Positions 20,301 to 28,496 of a DNA stretch of 64,000 nt are shown one piece after another. Under the pieces are notes generated by a model. It saw nothing but the letters and a program-made list of their open reading frames with translations, did not search any database and was not told where the DNA came from. This DNA is from Spirochaetota bacterium. Its GTDB lineage: Bacteria > Spirochaetota > UBA4802 > UBA5550. Each line of letters starts with the position of its first letter. The first letter of the stretch is position 1. The DNA lies in assembly GCA_016929135.1 (NCBI GenBank), contig JAFGJK010000055.1:22275-86274 (forward strand). The letters run 5' to 3'. The translations under genes were made by a program, and so were the position numbers.

Positions 20301-20406
20301 CCGGATCAACACCGGGGCCTCCGTCGTCGATGGAAACGTATGCCTGGGCCTCGAAAACGGGGACGTGGTGTCGCTCAGAACGAACCTGGTGAAGGTGGTG
20401 AAGTAG
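17311..20406 (+). CDS. Large extracytoplasmic multidomain protein: N-terminal TM, FecR domain, 4 Ig/Fn3-like repeats, coiled coil, PEGA-like domain, PQQ/BamB-like beta-propeller
   Basis: The start overlaps the cyclase stop by 17 nt. FecR-like segment GTITFKKKVAQRKYSGQVVWEEI...DTIRTADISEAVVHLKDGTDISL. Four repeats of about 95 aa each carry the motif G-x-YYWR. The PEGA-like part reads LTVSSPVGRSVIYIGGKLRG...PGYEEF. The C-terminal 300 aa has repeated ...VY(V/I)G(T/A)xDGxLYALDxxxG..W motifs typical of PQQ-like propellers. Confidence 0.8.
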   Translation: MKSWNSDFIVVGVSTLIILLFSTLLYFDFTKRLSVANAQEIGTITFKKKVAQRKYSGQVVWEEIEQSTRVFNNDTIRTADISEAVVHLKDGTDISLDENSMIFLSIDENAININFTQGSIFAKRGNIQGDVKEITIQSQDATVSIEKSDIQLTKTESKDLDLTVTGGSARVQIANTEKVVGKDEKVVLEKGAKEVKIVKLQLKPLTPEPNKFFVTTGDSVAVNFAWEAVEEGSGVYLEISRDRGFANKIVSRKVPQNSVTEDLDAGTYYWQLRAVNEKNGGTDVSPGRKLTILREKPVRPIQPEARRNYSYTSQPPMINFRWSPGELATGYVIEIAKDPQYKSMVKSVETSLTSIAFGDLTEGEYYWRVRSKVQFGTMAKDSAGESIPFSVKRINEITPPDLIAPQDKRVVSAELIKKKELVFSWSADSRFASYRVFIARDKEFKDVVAGPVVNTNYYTAAGEFNAGEYFWRVQPVAQGDASVPFSRDRSFTVIATDKLALLLPVQNMEILLKEEQKNVPVSFTWERSSIKGEFQFEIAGDKGFAGIIERKILSASSMTLPAMKAGKYYWRIRLLDDNKNQILGSDIREFSIAIPKKEIAAVAEAEKAAALEKERIEKEKLDKEKKEKELLVGTVLTVSSPVGRSVIYIGGKLRGTKTVTVKATPGEKVNVLVKTPGYEEFRTEVVLEAGEKKTVYARLVDMKLMPRMQWKTNVQASVTSKPVFEKDIIVVATGRGGVVALNKYGNILWRQYLGSVTKSTPVIHESSVYVTTVDSKIYSLDITSGKVRWNQKIDGPLLFGAQPLAVNGKLFVATSYGKVAAFSAADGKELWIRDLKAGIFSSMDHHDDLLYIGTDQSIVYALDDDDGDVDWDFDVDSRIISSSPKVYKDNVYVGCYSGSFYAIDASRGRMRWKFDMKKSIFSNPAFHDDTVYIGASDGTLYALDARKGSLQWKFNTGSKMMSEPDILKDEIFVTSGNSVYSLKMDTGRVSWMEKFDNRINTGASVVDGNVCLGLENGDVVSLRTNLVKVVK
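17917..19092 (+). repeat. Four tandem ~95-aa protein-level repeats (Ig/Fn3- or Y_Y_Y-like modules) inside the FecR-PQQ gene
   Basis: Hand alignment of aa 203-296, 297-396, 397-495 and 496-595. Each has (V/I)xFxW...Y.(L/I/F)EI(S/A)xDxxF... and then L..G.YYWR(V/I/L): AGTYYWQLR, EGEYYWRVR, AGEYFWRVQ, AGKYYWRIR. Confidence 0.6.
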
Positions 20407-20434
20407 CGTTCCGTGTCTCGGTAGAGCAGCCGTT

Positions 20435-21019
20435 TCAGTAGAATTTTTCTTTAATATTGAATTCCCACAGCTCCACCAGCTTGTCAAACTCCTTGTCCCT
20501 GGGTTTGTCCCTGTAGGCCATGTTCCTGCGCTTTATCAGGTATGCCACGGTGGAGTCCTCCAGCAGGAAGTTCTGCTTCACACTGTACAGCTTCGTAATG
20601 AGATAGTTCAGATTGTAGGTCTGGAAGTCACCGAGAAATTTTGACGATGCCACCGTCGGCTCGTACTTCAGCAGCAGCTCGGTGAAGTAGAGGGCGAGCC
20701 TCCAGGAGTCGTTGCTGCCGCCCAGCGCAGTCTTGTAGTGCATGCTCAGTTTCTCGAAGAGGTCCATGTTCTTGTAGTAGGAGTCGTAAATGACCTTGAT
20801 GAATTCGGGGAACATGTTCTGGACCTCCATGAGGTCAATGGGATCACCCCGACCGATGAAATGATCGAATATCTTCTTGCTCCCTTCGCTTATCGGCTCC
20901 ACCTCGATCAGTTCAATGTACATGTCTTTAATGACAGTACGGACCTTCCCGGCCTTTTTCAGGTAAATCTCGATCTCCACCGGCTCGATATAGTAGTTCT
21001 TATTCTCTTCCCTTTTCAT
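20435..21019 (-). CDS. Hypothetical cytoplasmic protein
   Basis: About 194 aa from MKREENKNYY; the track ORF starts at 21049. No TM and no recognised motif. It overlaps the stop of the upstream 21000-23495 gene by 20 nt, suggesting coupling. Visibly AT-richer than the upstream gene. Confidence 0.5.
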   Translation of the reverse strand: MKREENKNYYIEPVEIEIYLKKAGKVRTVIKDMYIELIEVEPISEGSKKIFDHFIGRGDPIDLMEVQNMFPEFIKVIYDSYYKNMDLFEKLSMHYKTALGGSNDSWRLALYFTELLLKYEPTVASSKFLGDFQTYNLNYLITKLYSVKQNFLLEDSTVAYLIKRRNMAYRDKPRDKEFDKLVELWEFNIKEKFY

Positions 21020-23495
21020 GATCCTGACCGTATTTCTCGAGCAGCGCATTGACCGCGTCCCGCTGGGAGTCGTTGAAGGCTGCCTCCAGAGCCTGCTTCA
21101 GGACCCTCTGTCTCTCGGCACCGGAGAGCCCCCTCCCTTTGCTGAGGAGGTCCTCGAAGCGGACCGACAGGCGCACGAGCTTGTCACGTGACAGATCCCA
21201 GAGGGTGTCGCCGCTCTTTACGACAACGATCTCTCCGTCGGTCATCCTGAAGGTGTTCTTCGGGTAGATCCAGTCGGGGTTCTTCCCGGTCTTCATGGTC
21301 TGATAGGGGATCCTGTTGTAGCCGTTCATCTGGGCAACGCGATTGGCATACCTGAATATGTCGCCGTCTTTAATGAAAATGTTGTACTTTTTCTCGTAAT
21401 ACCTGCTTTCGGTTACGCTCAGCTTGCGCTCCAGTACATCCGGGGCATGATGTCTCTCCCGGGAGGTCGGCCCGTAGAAGAACAGAGTGACGATGACCGC
21501 GGCAACTAGCAGCAGGAGGAGCGGCAACAGAATCCTTAGGCTCCTGGAGAATGCCGGGCTCCTGGTTTTCATCGCCGCGGCGTCGTCGTGCGTATCGCCG
21601 GTATCCGAGACGGATCCCCCGGCACGGGCCGGCTGGCCGACGGTTCCGGGAGCGGATCCCGAGACTACTGAGGACGATTCATAATCTCCCGACGCTTCAG
21701 TTTCCTGAAGGGCTGAGGCATCGCGACCGCGGAACATAACCCTGCGATATTCCGCTTCATCGACAATATCCTCGGAGGTGCTGACTGATTTTCTGATGTG
21801 GATGTCCCTCTCCAGCTGGCGGATGGAACTGCCGAGTTCCCCGGCATAGCGTTCCGATTCGGTATAGATCGCCAGGAGATTCTTCAGCCGCTCGCGGTCG
21901 GTGAATATGCGTTCGATGTATCGTCCCATCGACGTTCCCGCGAAGATGGACCTCTCCTCTTCCCGCACCTCGTCGAAGACCGGATCGGAGGCGGTGAATG
22001 CCTCTTCTGTGATGCCGGTGAAAAGGCCCCCAGCGAAGAAGATCAGATGGCAGCGGAGACGCTGCCCATTGCTGAAGACCATCGACTGATTGATCCTCAG
22101 CCGAACCGCCTGCAGTATCTCCCTGCATCGCGTCGATAGGTTCCTGTTCCTGGTGAGGGAAAGTGCCAGGGAGAGGATCGTCGCGATATTGTACAGGATC
22201 GGGGACGCCCCGTCCCCGCCCTGTTCCTCGGCGTACCGGGCGAGTCCTTCCAGCCAGGGGGCATCAAAGTCCCCCTGGGGAATGCAATCCTGCGGTATCC
22301 TCAGCTCGCTGTAGATGGTTGAGAGGTCGCGGTGGGCCCTGATCTCGTAGTGGATGCCGGGCTTCAGAATGATCATATCGGAGGCGGCAAGTTTCCGGAT
22401 GTTCTTATTCCCGTCATCGATGACCGCACAGGGAATCTTGGAAGTCCTGAAGAGCATCGGCGTGTCTTCGAAGACCGAATAGGTCACCAGGATCGCATCG
22501 ACGCCGTCGGCAAGGATTTTTTTTATGCCGCCGGGGCCTTTCACAAAGGCGATATCGATATCAGAATCGCCGGGGCCGGTCCCGGCGTAGCTAATCTTGA
22601 TGTTGTAGGAATCAGGATAATTGCTGATCGTGGCGCCGCCATCGGTCTTGACATTGAGCCCGCTGAACGCGGTCTGACCGATTGAGGTGCCGGGGAAGAG
22701 CCTTCGAATATTCCGGAAGAGCACTGCGTGATCGCTGGCGATGGTCAGGGGACCGCGGGACGTGTGCTTCCATTTCAGGAAGCGCATCACGTTCAAGAGG
22801 GTCATGGAAGGCTGAAGGATCAGGCGGATCATCGACGGGTCTATCCCCAGGCGGGAAAAGACGCCCAGATATCTCGAGGGGAAGAGATACGTGGTGATGA
22901 AGCCTCCGGAGAAGAATAGGGGCGTGTGCCCTGCGATGACGAGACCCGCACCGTTGAACCGGGAGAGTCCACGGTTTTTTTCCGCCACGAGATCATGGAG
23001 GTCGTTGAAGTTCATGAAGCGTCTGTTCATCTCCTTCAGGTCGATGATCACTGAGGAGTCGTGGACCGTCTTGAAGTTGCCGTCCCTGTAGAATACCCCG
23101 ATGAACTGGCTTTTCGATGAGAGGTTCTGCTCCCGTGAGAGTTCCGGTATGTCCTTCTCGATATCGACGATTGAGGCGTTGGTAAGATCGAGGCCGAAGA
23201 TTCTCTGGAATTCCAGATAGCGACGCACCACCTCTCTGCTGCCGATGTAACGGTTCGACTGGAGGTAGCGGATGTCGATATTGAACTGCTCTCCCGATGG
23301 ATTGCCGGTCATGGTATCGGGTATGATGATGTTCTCCACGAGGGGGATGAGATTTACGGGCATATCGATCCAGTTGCCGATCCGGATGAAGGGCTTGTCG
23401 TCGTCGATACTGGTTCCCGTGTATATGATATAGCATTCCGGATCGACGATGAAGAGACGGTCTTCTTCTGTTTTTATGATGTCGCCAATTTCCAT
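21000..23495 (-). CDS. Hypothetical single-pass membrane protein with a large N-terminal domain of unknown function and a C-terminal LysM-like motif
   Basis: The track ORF runs to 23672. I prefer ATG 23495 (MEIGDIIK), which is preceded by GGAAGG 7 nt upstream. Single TM LRILLPLLLLLVAAVIVTLFFY at about 110-190 aa from the C-terminus. The tail contains VVVKSGDTLWDLSRDKL, resembling the first half of a LysM fold. Confidence 0.55.
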   Translation of the reverse strand: MEIGDIIKTEEDRLFIVDPECYIIYTGTSIDDDKPFIRIGNWIDMPVNLIPLVENIIIPDTMTGNPSGEQFNIDIRYLQSNRYIGSREVVRRYLEFQRIFGLDLTNASIVDIEKDIPELSREQNLSSKSQFIGVFYRDGNFKTVHDSSVIIDLKEMNRRFMNFNDLHDLVAEKNRGLSRFNGAGLVIAGHTPLFFSGGFITTYLFPSRYLGVFSRLGIDPSMIRLILQPSMTLLNVMRFLKWKHTSRGPLTIASDHAVLFRNIRRLFPGTSIGQTAFSGLNVKTDGGATISNYPDSYNIKISYAGTGPGDSDIDIAFVKGPGGIKKILADGVDAILVTYSVFEDTPMLFRTSKIPCAVIDDGNKNIRKLAASDMIILKPGIHYEIRAHRDLSTIYSELRIPQDCIPQGDFDAPWLEGLARYAEEQGGDGASPILYNIATILSLALSLTRNRNLSTRCREILQAVRLRINQSMVFSNGQRLRCHLIFFAGGLFTGITEEAFTASDPVFDEVREEERSIFAGTSMGRYIERIFTDRERLKNLLAIYTESERYAGELGSSIRQLERDIHIRKSVSTSEDIVDEAEYRRVMFRGRDASALQETEASGDYESSSVVSGSAPGTVGQPARAGGSVSDTGDTHDDAAAMKTRSPAFSRSLRILLPLLLLLVAAVIVTLFFYGPTSRERHHAPDVLERKLSVTESRYYEKKYNIFIKDGDIFRYANRVAQMNGYNRIPYQTMKTGKNPDWIYPKNTFRMTDGEIVVVKSGDTLWDLSRDKLVRLSVRFEDLLSKGRGLSGAERQRVLKQALEAAFNDSQRDAVNALLEKYGQDHEKGRE

Positions 23496-23870
23496 TCCGT
23501 ACCTTCCATAGGGTATCGAACGTCCCTTATCGCCAGGGCGGGTGCCGGCAACGCAGAACGTCGGTGGCGGTGCGTCCTCTATAGCCGGCCCGTGCCATGA
23601 TGTGTCATCGGTCATCCCTGCCGGCGGCCGGCGAGGGCATGATCGATGCTGCTGGTATCGCGTATGGGTCATTCATATATTTTTTCATTTAATTGTGCAA
23701 TAAGTTTTTAATATTATGTGGCCTCATTTCGATATTATAAGTTGGGCGGGACCATGCCCCGCCGTGCTTTTTAATTGACAGCGGGGAATCGGCATCCGTT
23801 AATCGGAACAATACGGGGGCGCGGCTGTATGCCTCGTTCCCTGATTGAATGCCGGAATTGTAATGATTGA

Positions 23871-26303
23871 ATGAACAGACTGATACTCATACTCCTCAAT
23901 CTGCGGTTCAGATATCCCCTGGCGAGGCGATACTGGTGGTATTTCCTGTTGCTGTGTATCACCGTTACGGCGGTCCTCTTCGTATTCCGGCCCGAGGATG
24001 TCATCACACAGACAATCGGATGGGAAAAGAATTTTTCCATATCAAGTTTCACAATGAAATCAAAAAACGTGGCAATGACGGCTCGGGGCAACTTTATCGC
24101 CTCCGTCTACGAGGGGATCGAGGAGGGGATCAGGGGGATCTATGTCTCGGTATCATTCAACGGCGGCGCTAGCTTTCTGCCTTCGAGAAAGGTGGCGGAT
24201 GTCGTCTCCAAGATCGACTGCAATCCCCATCTGGCGGTATCAGGAAACGGCGAGGTGGCGGTAACCTGGCATGTCTTCAAGGAGGAGGAATTCACGAACA
24301 GAGTCTATTGTGCCGTCTCGCGGGATTACGGAGCGAACTGGGACGAGCCGAAGCAGATCGCACTGGGCCTTGATCTGGAGATGCTCCCCCATGTGTATTT
24401 CGACGAGGCGGGAAAGCTTCACCTCTTTTTCCAGGGGAACAGAGGGCAGTCGTTCAACCTCTACCACGCCTACAGAAACGAGGCCGGGACCTTCGAGGTC
24501 ACCGGCCCCATAATCGAGCTTGAGCAGTCCCTTCTGGGAGCCTTTTTCCCGTCGATACATTTCTCAGGCGACGGCATCTACATAGTGTGGCAGGGACGCA
24601 GCGGGAGCTATACTGACAATCTCTTCTTTATACGATCATTCAATTCCGGCAGGAGCTGGAGCGGTAGGCAGCAGATCACACGATCGGAGGGGAGCAACAT
24701 CGCGCCGTCCGTTCTGTTCCATCAGGATGCGCTGTATGTGGCATATCAGAACAACGACAGCAAGAACTGGGGCATCAAGCTGGTTAAGGGGATATCACGG
24801 GGCGAGCTGTGGAGCACCTATCCGCGGCAGATATCCCAGACGAACGTGAACTGCTACGCCCCGGTGGCGGTCTCCTCAGGGAGCGATATCATGGTACTCT
24901 GGTATGATGCCCGGGAGGGGAAGGACAACATATACGCGAACAAGTACATGGTGAAGGACGACAAACTCGCCGAGGAGGCACGGCTCTCGGTAAGGAACAT
25001 CGAGGCGAAACGGCCGGTGGCGGTTTCAGTTGGCAGCAAGGTGGTGTCCCTCTGGGAAGAGGGGGGGGTGATAATGGGGAAGTATTCCGATGTACATGTG
25101 GCCCCCCCTGAGGTGTTCTCCCCCACCCACCCGGAGGGGGTGTGGACGAAGAATCCCGTGGCACTGATTAAATGGAAATCACCGAAGGATGAATCCGGCG
25201 TGGTGGCCTACTGGACGCTGGTGACCACGAAGCCGGACATCCGCCCCTTCGTGGATCCCCCCATCGCCGATACGGCCGGCAACGTGACGCAGAAGGTGAT
25301 CGCGAACCTGGAGGACGGGGTCACCTATTTCCACATACGGGCGGAAGACGGGGCCGGTAATCTCAGCAGGACAGTGCACTACAAGCTTCAGGTGAGCATA
25401 CGACCGCTGCCGTCGCCGGTGGTCATCTCCCCGACGCATCCGCAGGGGAAGGCGATGAAGTCCAATGCCCCTGTGTTTCGGTGGGCCCTGGACGATTCAG
25501 ACAGGCTCAAGGGATTCTATTATACGCTGTCAAAGGATTATTTCACGAGACCGGACACCTTCACCACGGATTTCGAGACATCCTTCAATGAGCTCGAGGA
25601 GGGGCGCTACTTCTTCAGAATCCAGGCGGTGGACAAGACGAACAAGATCGGTCCCTCAGCCATGTACGATATCGTCGTGGGAAAGGCGGAGCCGATCGAC
25701 CCCGATCTTTTAAAAAAGATCGCGGAGGAGAAGGAGATTATTCCGGAATGGAAGGAGGAGAGGATTGTCATCCCGCGGTTCATCGCGCCCGCCGCATGGA
25801 TAGAATTCCCCTTCAATGTGAGGGCCCCCTATGAAAGAAGCTCCTTCCAGGGGATTATCGTCACCAGGGGGATACCGAAAAATGAGATTGTCGGGTATTC
25901 CGTATTTGTGAACCGGGAGAGGATGCCCTTCCCTGCGGGGATCACGACGAAGAGCAGTATCCTTTCCGTCTCCGATCTTACGGACGGCCAGTACTATGTC
26001 GGCGTAAAATGCAAATATTACGGCACCGTCCAGGGGAGAAGGCAGGTTCGATGGACTGAGGGGAGGGTGTCCAGGATACAGGTGCGGCTCCGCGAGGAGG
26101 CATTTCCGCTTGAGAGAATCCTCACAGAAATGGCGCGGAGGGCAAATGAGTACACCGCCGTGATATCGCTCTTTTTCCTGCTGCTCTGCCTTTCCATAGC
26201 CGCGATCGGGTATGGAAGAAGGCTGTCGTTCCTCGCCGCCCTCTGGCGTTACAGGATCAGAAAACTGATCGAGCGCTTTTCGACCGAGGGGGAGGAGTTA
26301 TGA
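23871..26303 (+). CDS. BNR/Asp-box repeat (sialidase-like beta-propeller) protein with two Fn3-like modules and TM segments at both ends
   Basis: N-terminal TM (YWWYFLLLCITVTAVLFVF). Asp-box-like motifs SFNGGASF, SRDYGANW and SFNSGRSW. Two repeats starting SPTHP(E/Q)G and ending DGVTYFHIRAEDGAGN / EGRYFFRIQAVDKTNK. C-terminal TM (VISLFFLLLCLSIAAIGY). Confidence 0.7.
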   Translation: MNRLILILLNLRFRYPLARRYWWYFLLLCITVTAVLFVFRPEDVITQTIGWEKNFSISSFTMKSKNVAMTARGNFIASVYEGIEEGIRGIYVSVSFNGGASFLPSRKVADVVSKIDCNPHLAVSGNGEVAVTWHVFKEEEFTNRVYCAVSRDYGANWDEPKQIALGLDLEMLPHVYFDEAGKLHLFFQGNRGQSFNLYHAYRNEAGTFEVTGPIIELEQSLLGAFFPSIHFSGDGIYIVWQGRSGSYTDNLFFIRSFNSGRSWSGRQQITRSEGSNIAPSVLFHQDALYVAYQNNDSKNWGIKLVKGISRGELWSTYPRQISQTNVNCYAPVAVSSGSDIMVLWYDAREGKDNIYANKYMVKDDKLAEEARLSVRNIEAKRPVAVSVGSKVVSLWEEGGVIMGKYSDVHVAPPEVFSPTHPEGVWTKNPVALIKWKSPKDESGVVAYWTLVTTKPDIRPFVDPPIADTAGNVTQKVIANLEDGVTYFHIRAEDGAGNLSRTVHYKLQVSIRPLPSPVVISPTHPQGKAMKSNAPVFRWALDDSDRLKGFYYTLSKDYFTRPDTFTTDFETSFNELEEGRYFFRIQAVDKTNKIGPSAMYDIVVGKAEPIDPDLLKKIAEEKEIIPEWKEERIVIPRFIAPAAWIEFPFNVRAPYERSSFQGIIVTRGIPKNEIVGYSVFVNRERMPFPAGITTKSSILSVSDLTDGQYYVGVKCKYYGTVQGRRQVRWTEGRVSRIQVRLREEAFPLERILTEMARRANEYTAVISLFFLLLCLSIAAIGYGRRLSFLAALWRYRIRKLIERFSTEGEEL

Positions 26304-26374
26304 GCGGGCGAAGGGAGTCGAACCCTCGACGTTCAGCTTGGGAAGCTGACATTCTGCCACTGAATTACGCCCGC
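26303..26374 (-). tRNA. tRNA-Gly (anticodon CCC)
   Basis: The reverse complement folds by hand into a cloverleaf: acceptor GCGGGCG/CGCCCGC, D-stem ATTC/GAAT, anticodon stem TCAGC/GCTGA with loop TTCCCAA, T-arm GAGGG-TTCGACT-CCCTT, discriminator U. 72 nt, no encoded CCA. Confidence 0.9.
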
Positions 26375-26455
26375 ATGCTATGAACAGAAATCCATTCCAT
26401 GCATTTTTTGCAAGACATTTTTACCGGGGACAACCGGCTTTGTGAAAAAAATATA

Positions 26456-26485
26456 TTTGAATTGGTATCAAAAAGTATAGTATTA
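26456..26485 (+). promoter_or_regulatory. Candidate sigma70-type promoter for the TPR / PP2C operon
   Basis: TTGAAT (26456-26461), 18-nt spacer, TATTAT (26480-26485), about 50 nt upstream of the GTG start at 26535. Confidence 0.35.
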
Positions 26486-26534
26486 TAGTAGTATCTGAAA
26501 CAATGAGATTTCTAGAAAAGAGAAGCACGGAAAC

Positions 26535-28496
26535 GTGAAACTCAAAATTGCCACAATAATTCTCCTTATGGCCTCGCTGGTATATGTCAGCGATCGATCG
26601 TCTTATTCCGAAAGCATCGACGAGATGAACCGCAAGGCGCACAACCTCTATGAGGATAAGAAGTACAATCAGGCCATCGCACTATGGCTCGATATTCTGA
26701 CGATGGAGCCGGACAACCAGAGGGTGATGCAGAAGATCGAGGAGGTCTACGAAATAAAGCAGAAGAAGGACCTGGCGTACCAGAAATCGAGGCTGGATTA
26801 CCATCTCTCGAAGATGAAGCTGAAGGAAGACAAGGAGGAGGAGATCGAAAAGGGGATCAGCATCGGCTGGAATTCCATCGGCAACTACCGGATCGCCTTC
26901 CGGCTGGATCCGAACGACAGCGATATCAAGGAGATGAGAGAGAGGATGGCCGCGCTGGAGAAGGAGATTCTGGCGGCACAGGAGGCCCTGCGGCTTTCGC
27001 GTGAGATCAAGATGAAAATTCAGCAATGGCGGTTCATCGCCCGGGACCAGCTGGACAAGAACGATTTCGACAATTCATTGAAGAACTGGGAAGAAATCCT
27101 CGATTACCTGCCCAGGGATACCGAGGCGATCGAGGGGAAGAGAACATGCTTGCTGGCCATTGAGAACAGGATTAAATTCGAGAAGATCAGGGGATACCTC
27201 GCAAAGGGGAAGGAGTTGTTCGATGTTCAGCAGTACAAGAGTGCCAGGAACGAGTACACGATGGTGATCAGTCTTGACGAAAGGAATCGTGAGGCGAACG
27301 ACTACATTGAGAAAATCGATGAAATGCTGGAAGAGAAGATGCTCTTGGAAATCAGACTGCAGCAGGCCGAGAATCTCTACAAGTCCGGAGTGGAGCAGCT
27401 TGGAGCCAACAATTTCGACCAGGCCAGGGACGATTTTGAATCAATACTCTCGCTTCTTAAAAACAGGGATTACAAGGACACAAAGCAGAAGCTCGCGATG
27501 ATCGAAGTGCTCAGGAAGGAGTACGAACTGAAGGAGCGCCAGAGACGCGTGCAGATGATCGATGAATATTTTCAGGAAGGGCTGATCGCATTCAACGACA
27601 GCAGATACAACATCGCCATCGCGAAGTTCGACAAGACCCTTTCGCTCGACAAGGAAAACAGATATGCCAGGGAATACCTTGATAAATCCATACAGGCGCT
27701 GAAGCAGAAACAGGAGGAGGTGGTGGACGAGAACTCACCGTATTTCCAGGTGGTCAATGCACTGATAGTCTCCGGAAAGGAGCTGTACCTGGCGGGACGA
27801 TACACTGAGTCCACGAAAAAGTGGGAACGCATCCTGCGCCTGTTTCCAAAAAACCGGCTGGCAAGGGAGTACAGCCTTAAATGCTATTACAGGATGAATC
27901 CCGACAAGCTCGATTCCTTCAGCAACAACCTGTTCGAATCGGGGCAGAAACTGCTGGCTGGCAGAAAGTACAAGGATGCGCTGGACAAATTTCTGCTGCT
28001 GAAATCGGTGAACGAACGGTATCCCAATATAGACGAGTATGTCGCCAGGTCAAAAATCGTCCCCGAGGACGTGGGACCCGGTGACACGCCGCTGGCCGCC
28101 GTGGACCGCCAGGAGATCGAGAGGAAATACCGGGCCGCCATGGCATTGTATCAGAGGGGGGGGAAGCAGAATATCGAGGAATCGCTCGCAATGTTCAGGT
28201 GGATCGTGCAAAAATCGCCCAACAATGTAAAGGCGGTGATTAACGTTAACAAGATTGAGGCGCAGCTCAGGATCAACAAGGGAGGGGCGGCAACGGGGCT
28301 CGCGCAGCTGACACCGGAGATGAGGAGAAAGGCGCAGCGCCATTACTACAACGGTATAAGCTACTACGCCAGCAATAAATTTAAAAAAGCAATTGATGAA
28401 TGGCAGAAGGTATTGATAATTGATCCGGGCAACGTGAAGGCGAAAAACAATATCCGCAAGACCATGGCATTTTTAGGGAGATACGGGAATGAATGA
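26535..28496 (+). CDS. Secreted tetratricopeptide (TPR) repeat protein
   Basis: Signal peptide (IATIILLMASLVYV). Repeated ~34-aa units with the Y/F..A(I/L)..(W/F)..(I/A)L..(D/E)P.N pattern, for example YNQAIALWLDILTMEPDN and FKKAIDEWQKVLIIDPGN. The stop overlaps the next gene's start by 8 nt. Confidence 0.75.
   Translation: MKLKIATIILLMASLVYVSDRSSYSESIDEMNRKAHNLYEDKKYNQAIALWLDILTMEPDNQRVMQKIEEVYEIKQKKDLAYQKSRLDYHLSKMKLKEDKEEEIEKGISIGWNSIGNYRIAFRLDPNDSDIKEMRERMAALEKEILAAQEALRLSREIKMKIQQWRFIARDQLDKNDFDNSLKNWEEILDYLPRDTEAIEGKRTCLLAIENRIKFEKIRGYLAKGKELFDVQQYKSARNEYTMVISLDERNREANDYIEKIDEMLEEKMLLEIRLQQAENLYKSGVEQLGANNFDQARDDFESILSLLKNRDYKDTKQKLAMIEVLRKEYELKERQRRVQMIDEYFQEGLIAFNDSRYNIAIAKFDKTLSLDKENRYAREYLDKSIQALKQKQEEVVDENSPYFQVVNALIVSGKELYLAGRYTESTKKWERILRLFPKNRLAREYSLKCYYRMNPDKLDSFSNNLFESGQKLLAGRKYKDALDKFLLLKSVNERYPNIDEYVARSKIVPEDVGPGDTPLAAVDRQEIERKYRAAMALYQRGGKQNIEESLAMFRWIVQKSPNNVKAVINVNKIEAQLRINKGGAATGLAQLTPEMRRKAQRHYYNGISYYASNKFKKAIDEWQKVLIIDPGNVKAKNNIRKTMAFLGRYGNE

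Noticed and set aside
18895-20487. A 530-aa minus-strand ORF antisense to the FecR-PQQ gene. Many similar long antisense ORFs exist: 1754-2764, 10270-11667, 32844-34355, 44344-45396, 45594-46451, 47847-48818, 54613-55518, 55730-56833, 58494-59480 and 60083-61315.
   Set aside because: All lie antisense to genes with clear catalytic motifs. Their products are Arg/Gly/Pro/His-rich with no motifs, hydrophobic cores or plausible starts. This is the typical stop-poor antisense frame of GC-rich, RNY-biased coding DNA. Overprinted genes cannot be formally excluded without conservation analysis.
23736-23770. Hairpin GGCGGG-ACCATGC-CCCGCC followed by GTGCTTTTT on the plus strand, in the LysM/BNR divergent region: a possible attenuator for the BNR gene.
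   Set aside because: The stem is only 6 bp, the T-run is short and interrupted, and no clear promoter lies upstream on that strand. It cannot be distinguished from chance.
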